A stretch of DNA of 60,702 nt from a candidate division WOR-3 bacterium. Its GTDB lineage: Bacteria; Hydrothermota; Hydrothermia; LBFQ01. The stretch lies in NCBI GenBank assembly GCA_015490465.1, contig WFXS01000042.1:1-60702 (forward strand), in the 5' to 3' direction. The notes under the pieces were generated by a model. The model saw only the letters and a program-made list of their open reading frames with translations. It had not been told where the DNA came from and ran no database searches. A program made the position numbers and the translations under genes. Below are positions 57,185 through 60,702 of this stretch, in pieces. How positions within the stretch are numbered: position 1 is the stretch's first letter; every line of letters starts with the position of its first letter.

Positions 57185-57244
57185 GTTTCACCTCCTACCT
57201 CACAAGATATATCGGGCTTAGTTCTATCTCGTACTTGTAGGTAC
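57154..57244. repeat. copy A of a 91-bp direct repeat (the functional gene junction: 5' end of the BNR gene, spacer, and 3' end of the 214-aa gene)
   Basis: I aligned it by eye to 57900..57990 and count 79 of 91 identical positions. Confidence 0.7.
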
Positions 57245-57839
57245 CAAAGGTGTCGGCATATGGCTCAATATATATGTATAAAGGTACAAACCCACTTTTC
57301 TTATCGCCTTTTCCCCATGCCCAACAGGCCGGGGATACTCCCTCATCCCATATCCAGTGTGGAGGATTATAGACATCAAACACCTCTTTTAGGGTATCAA
57401 GGTCTATCCGTATTTCTTTCCACGATGTGTCAAGCACCTGATTTCGCACTATGAAGCCTCTGCAGTATCGGTGATATACGATCTCTCCTCCTATCTCATA
57501 CCTTCCTTTCCCCCTGATATAGAACACGAGGTACCTCCCCCAGTCAAGGAGGTCAAGGGGATAGCCTCTGAGGATAGATCCGAGAAGCGGCTTAAACTCC
57601 ATGGTCTTCCAGTCTCTCCTGTAGTACTCCCACTTACCTTTGACGTGTAGGGGGCCGTAGTCGTCTATCACCCTGTACTCCCCGTTAGGTACGGGGATGC
57701 TATCACTAACAGGCAGGGTGTCAAAGTTCTTGATGTCCCAGCCGTGATAGTGGAACTCAACCACACCCCACGACTTCACTATGCTGTCTGCCTGCCTGCT
57801 TTCGTCAAACTGTAAAAGAAGATAAGTCAAAAGCAGCAT
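57195..57839 (-). CDS. hypothetical secreted protein
   Basis: The protein is 214 aa. It has a short hydrophobic N-terminus and a Trp/Tyr-rich beta-sandwich-like body. I recognise no family. Confidence 0.45.
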   Translation of the reverse strand: MLLLTYLLLQFDESRQADSIVKSWGVVEFHYHGWDIKNFDTLPVSDSIPVPNGEYRVIDDYGPLHVKGKWEYYRRDWKTMEFKPLLGSILRGYPLDLLDWGRYLVFYIRGKGRYEIGGEIVYHRYCRGFIVRNQVLDTSWKEIRIDLDTLKEVFDVYNPPHWIWDEGVSPACWAWGKGDKKSGFVPLYIYIEPYADTFGTYKYEIELSPIYLVR

Positions 57840-57899
57840 AAGGTCATATTTAAAGGGTGAACTGATATGAGTGCAACTGGTTAAAGTTAACCGTACGTA

Positions 57900-57990
57900 T
57901 TGCGAAGAAGGAGACCGCTAACGGCAGCACGTTTCACCTCCTACCTCACGAGGTATATCGGGCTTAGTTCTATCTCGTACTCATAGGTAC
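57900..57990 (-). pseudogene. copy B of the 91-bp repeat: relic of a second BNR-gene start and a second 214-aa-gene end
   Basis: The reverse strand reads '...TYEYEIELSPIYLVR*', compared with 'TYKYEIELSPIYLVR*' in the intact gene. It is followed by GGAGGTGAAAC-GTG-CTGCCGTTAGCGGTCTCCTTCTTCGCA (V-LPLAVSFFA), compared with ATG-LLLMALFFA. Both fragments are truncated after about 15 codons. Confidence 0.6.
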
Positions 57991-58007
57991 GCAAAAGTAT
58001 GGGCCTT

Positions 58008-58598
58008 TTACTTACCCCGGTGTATCGCTTCCACGTTCAGTTCTACCTTCACCTTCCTGCCCACGACCAGACCCCCCGTCTCCATCTTCTTGTTCCACCT
58101 TATACCGAAGTCGTACCGGTCTATGGTGAAACTGGCCTCAACGCCTATGCGAAGGTTTCCCCACGGATCCTTAACGGGTCCGTACCATTTGAAGGGGAAG
58201 GATACCGTCTTCGTTATGCCCTTGATCGTGAGGTCGGCGTCCGCCCACCACTCGCCCCCCTTCTTATAAATCCTCTTCACCACCATCTTCATCCGGGGGT
58301 ACTTCTGGACGTCAAAGAAGTCGGAGTCCCTCAGGTGGTCGTCCCTCTTCTTGTTTCGGGTGTCTATGCTGGCGACGTCCACCCAACCTTCGGCCCGGCT
58401 CCTGGTTATGTCCGAGGTATCCAGATCTATCCAGCCGTCAAAGTTGTGGAAGGTCCCGACGACGGTCGTGACCATCATGTGGCGCACCTTGAAGTTTATG
58501 GACGTGTGGGCCTTATCCACCTTGAAGCGGATGGCCTCCGCCCTCAGAGAAACAAAGGGAAGTGCCGTTGCTATCAGGACGATCGTTAACCTCAGCAT
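58008..58598 (-). CDS. YceI-family (polyisoprenoid-binding) periplasmic protein
   Basis: The protein is 196 aa with a signal peptide. 'FKVDKAHTSINFKVRHMMVTTVVGTFHNFDGWIDLD' and 'ADLTIKGITKTVSFPF' match the YceI-like domain. Confidence 0.85.
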   Translation of the reverse strand: MLRLTIVLIATALPFVSLRAEAIRFKVDKAHTSINFKVRHMMVTTVVGTFHNFDGWIDLDTSDITRSRAEGWVDVASIDTRNKKRDDHLRDSDFFDVQKYPRMKMVVKRIYKKGGEWWADADLTIKGITKTVSFPFKWYGPVKDPWGNLRIGVEASFTIDRYDFGIRWNKKMETGGLVVGRKVKVELNVEAIHRGK

Positions 58599-58621
58599 AG
58601 ACAGTGATTGTAAAGGGGAAA

Positions 58622-60265
58622 CTACCTATCCCAGCCGAGACCCCACTTCGGTCTTACCCATAGGGAGGTGTTCCGGGCGTGGGATTTGAAGGGGTAGACG
58701 TCCATGTCCGTTCCGAGATCAAGGAAGATCCCTATGCCCCCCATCTCCCTCTGTACGTTTGCCCCTCCGAAGGATATGTTCTCCTCCCTCGCCGAATAGT
58801 TGTCCTTTCCGTCCCCGTCCACGAAGATACCCACGGAGTTGGTCAGGCCCACACCGAACCCCCCGCTGGTGTAGTAAGTGTCGTTCCCGGTTGAGTCGTA
58901 GAAGAAGCCTACGGACAGGTCGTGTCCCTCCCCGATGCTGGGGCCGTAGTAGGCGTAGTAGAGGTCGTCCCCGTCCTTATCTACGAGGCCACCGACGGAG
59001 AGGTGAATCCCCGCCCCCTGACAGTACTCGGCACAGGTGTACCTGTCGTCCCCTCCCCCATCGTAAAGGGTGCCGAGACCGTACCAGTAGGAGACTCCCT
59101 GAGCGTACGTCCCGGCCGAATAGTGGTCGTTTCCGGAGGCATCGGCCAGTATGCCCACACCGCCACCGAACCGGTCCCTCCACCCTATGGAGAAGCCCTG
59201 ACCCATGGCCTGCCTCTGCCTGAGGAATAGGGGTTTGTGGATGGGACCGTAGCCGAGGGTGTAGACGTCGTTCCCACCGTGGTCGGAGAGGATACCGACG
59301 CCGTACGTACCGGCGAACCCCTGACCGTATATTACGGCCTTGTAGATGTCGTTCCCGCCTCCGTCTATGAGGTACCCCCCTCCGAAGGTTCCAGCACCGA
59401 TGGAATGGAAACCGCCGGAGTAGTAATCGTCCCCCTCCCGATCGTAGAGGAGTCCGAAACCTCCCAGACCTACACCGCCACACGTCCCCTTACAGACGTA
59501 GACGTCGTTTCCAGCGTAATCGTAGAGGACGGATATTCCCAGAATACCGGCCGCGAACTCCCCGGAGTACCTGTCTTCCCCGGAGAGGTCCACTATCAGG
59601 ACGGGCGCCCTCGTGAGGAGGTAGTCGTCGTCCCCGCCGAAGTCGTATATGGCCACGTACTCCCCCCGGTACGTGTTGTTCCCCTTACCCCCTATCGCCA
59701 CCTTCCCGAAGCCCGTGACGTACTCGTACTGGAAGTCCCCCTCCATCCGGGGAACCGACGAGGTATCAAAGTTAAGAACGCAAACGAGAGCGTTCAACAG
59801 GAGGTTGTAATCCACCGAATCCGAAAGTGTGCGCACCTGTGCGTGGGTAAGGGAGTCCCCCTCCGGTGAGTCGGGATCCCACGTGGCGATCAATCTGGCC
59901 CTCAGGGTATCCCTCTCCCTTTCCTTGAGCTTTACGAAGGCCCTGTTAGTAAAGTAGTCCACGCAGTGAAGTGTTTCAACTATGCCCCTTATTACCGTAT
60001 CCTTCACCGTAAAGCGGGTCCTCATCCGTACGGGCTTGAACCTGACAGGCCAGAAGGTGGAAGGGATATTTCTGGGGTTAAGGGAAGCGTAGGACGGAAG
60101 GGAATCCACGGACCACTTCACGAAACTCAGGGGATCCGATAGAAAGCGGAGAACGGGCCGGGGTTTCAGTGCAGTCCGCGTGGAGAGGTCCTTGTCAAAC
60201 GTGAGATCCTTCCGGGTCAACCCCCCGTAAAACAGAAGGGAATCAATAAAGGGCATAAACCACAT
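58622..60265 (-). CDS. hypothetical repeat protein ('DxxGxDxY' units), paralog B
   Basis: The protein is 547 aa and has the same architecture as 53992..55644. Its repeats are DFGGDDDY, DLSGEDRY, DYAGNDVY, DREGDDYY, DGGGNDIY, DHGGNDVY, DASGNDHY, DGGGDDRY, DKDGDDLY, DSTGNDTY, DGDGKDNY. It shares the same mid-array insertion ('...QAMGQGFSIGWRDRFGGGVGILAD'). Confidence 0.55.
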   Translation of the reverse strand: MWFMPFIDSLLFYGGLTRKDLTFDKDLSTRTALKPRPVLRFLSDPLSFVKWSVDSLPSYASLNPRNIPSTFWPVRFKPVRMRTRFTVKDTVIRGIVETLHCVDYFTNRAFVKLKERERDTLRARLIATWDPDSPEGDSLTHAQVRTLSDSVDYNLLLNALVCVLNFDTSSVPRMEGDFQYEYVTGFGKVAIGGKGNNTYRGEYVAIYDFGGDDDYLLTRAPVLIVDLSGEDRYSGEFAAGILGISVLYDYAGNDVYVCKGTCGGVGLGGFGLLYDREGDDYYSGGFHSIGAGTFGGGYLIDGGGNDIYKAVIYGQGFAGTYGVGILSDHGGNDVYTLGYGPIHKPLFLRQRQAMGQGFSIGWRDRFGGGVGILADASGNDHYSAGTYAQGVSYWYGLGTLYDGGGDDRYTCAEYCQGAGIHLSVGGLVDKDGDDLYYAYYGPSIGEGHDLSVGFFYDSTGNDTYYTSGGFGVGLTNSVGIFVDGDGKDNYSAREENISFGGANVQREMGGIGIFLDLGTDMDVYPFKSHARNTSLWVRPKWGLGWDR

Positions 60266-60291
60266 TTATTCCCCTATTCTAAGGTGGCGTA

Positions 60292-60702
60292 CTACATGCG
60301 AAAGCTCACGCTTCCGAGGAAGGAGTATCCGAAGTCCAGATGGTAGGAGGTTCCGAAGGAGAACTTCCCTCTGCCGTGGTTGTAGGAGAGTCCGAGCCGT
60401 CCCTTCCCTTCAACGAGACCCGCGTAAACGTCCATTCTCCAGAAGGACGCCCTTAAAGATAAGAAGCCGTCCCGCAGGGGTGAGAACCCGCGCCCGTCCG
60501 GTGAGTACTCCCCGCCAAAGAGGAGGTACGTGGACCCGTAAACCTTAACCCTCGCCCGGAGGTCCACGAGAGGAAGGGCGAACTCCCGTCTACCGGTACT
60601 CCATACGACCGGAGACGTGGCCGCGTTTTTAACGCCAGCGTACAGGTCAAGGAGACTGAGAGGGGAGTAAAGGAACGCAACGTCTATCCCACCCCCCACA
60701 CC
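60292..60702 (-). CDS. hypothetical beta-barrel-like protein, 5'-truncated at the window edge
   Basis: The ORF is open to the window end. It shows an alternating-strand pattern ('RLGLSYNHGRGKFSFGTSYHLDFGYSFLGSVSFRM*'). Confidence 0.4.
   Translation of the reverse strand, partial: GVGGGIDVAFLYSPLSLLDLYAGVKNAATSPVVWSTGRREFALPLVDLRARVKVYGSTYLLFGGEYSPDGRGFSPLRDGFLSLRASFWRMDVYAGLVEGKGRLGLSYNHGRGKFSFGTSYHLDFGYSFLGSVSFRM

Overview
This 60.7-kb window looks like chromosome from a thermophile-style, moderately GC-rich bacterium. The proteins are rich in Arg, Glu, Val and Tyr. Several secreted proteins end in T9SS-type C-terminal sorting domains, and a PorV/PorQ-like outer-membrane protein is present. 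I infer an FCB-superphylum-like, probably uncultivated lineage. Most of the window is densely packed core genes. These include guaB, a tonB-exbD-exbD-exbB cluster with TPR proteins, a thiolase, hypDEAB, yifB/comM, ftsK, ccmC, rlmI, mutS, a phosphohexomutase, trxB, a peroxiredoxin, fabD and rimP-nusA-infB. Three things stand out. (1) A sharply AT-rich single-gene insert at 24.9-28.3 kb encodes a 1140-aa fused PD-(D/E)xK nuclease and gamma-class N6-adenine methyltransferase (Type IIG R-M). (2) A mosaic accessory island at about 39.6-43.1 kb carries an SPPY-type DNA methyltransferase translationally coupled to an unrecognisable 181-aa protein. Convergent to that pair is an overlapping gene pair encoding an ABC/OLD-type ATPase and a tiny Cys-rich protein with a D...ExK nuclease-like motif. 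This pair is my best candidate for an undescribed defence system: a Septu/PARIS/AbiL-like layout with a new effector. (3) The 54-60.7 kb region holds two paralogous 'DxxGxDxY' repeat proteins and a 91-bp relic of a duplicated gene junction. I saw no rRNA, tRNA, CRISPR array, integrase or transposase. All calls come from reading the translations and DNA by eye. No database search was run.
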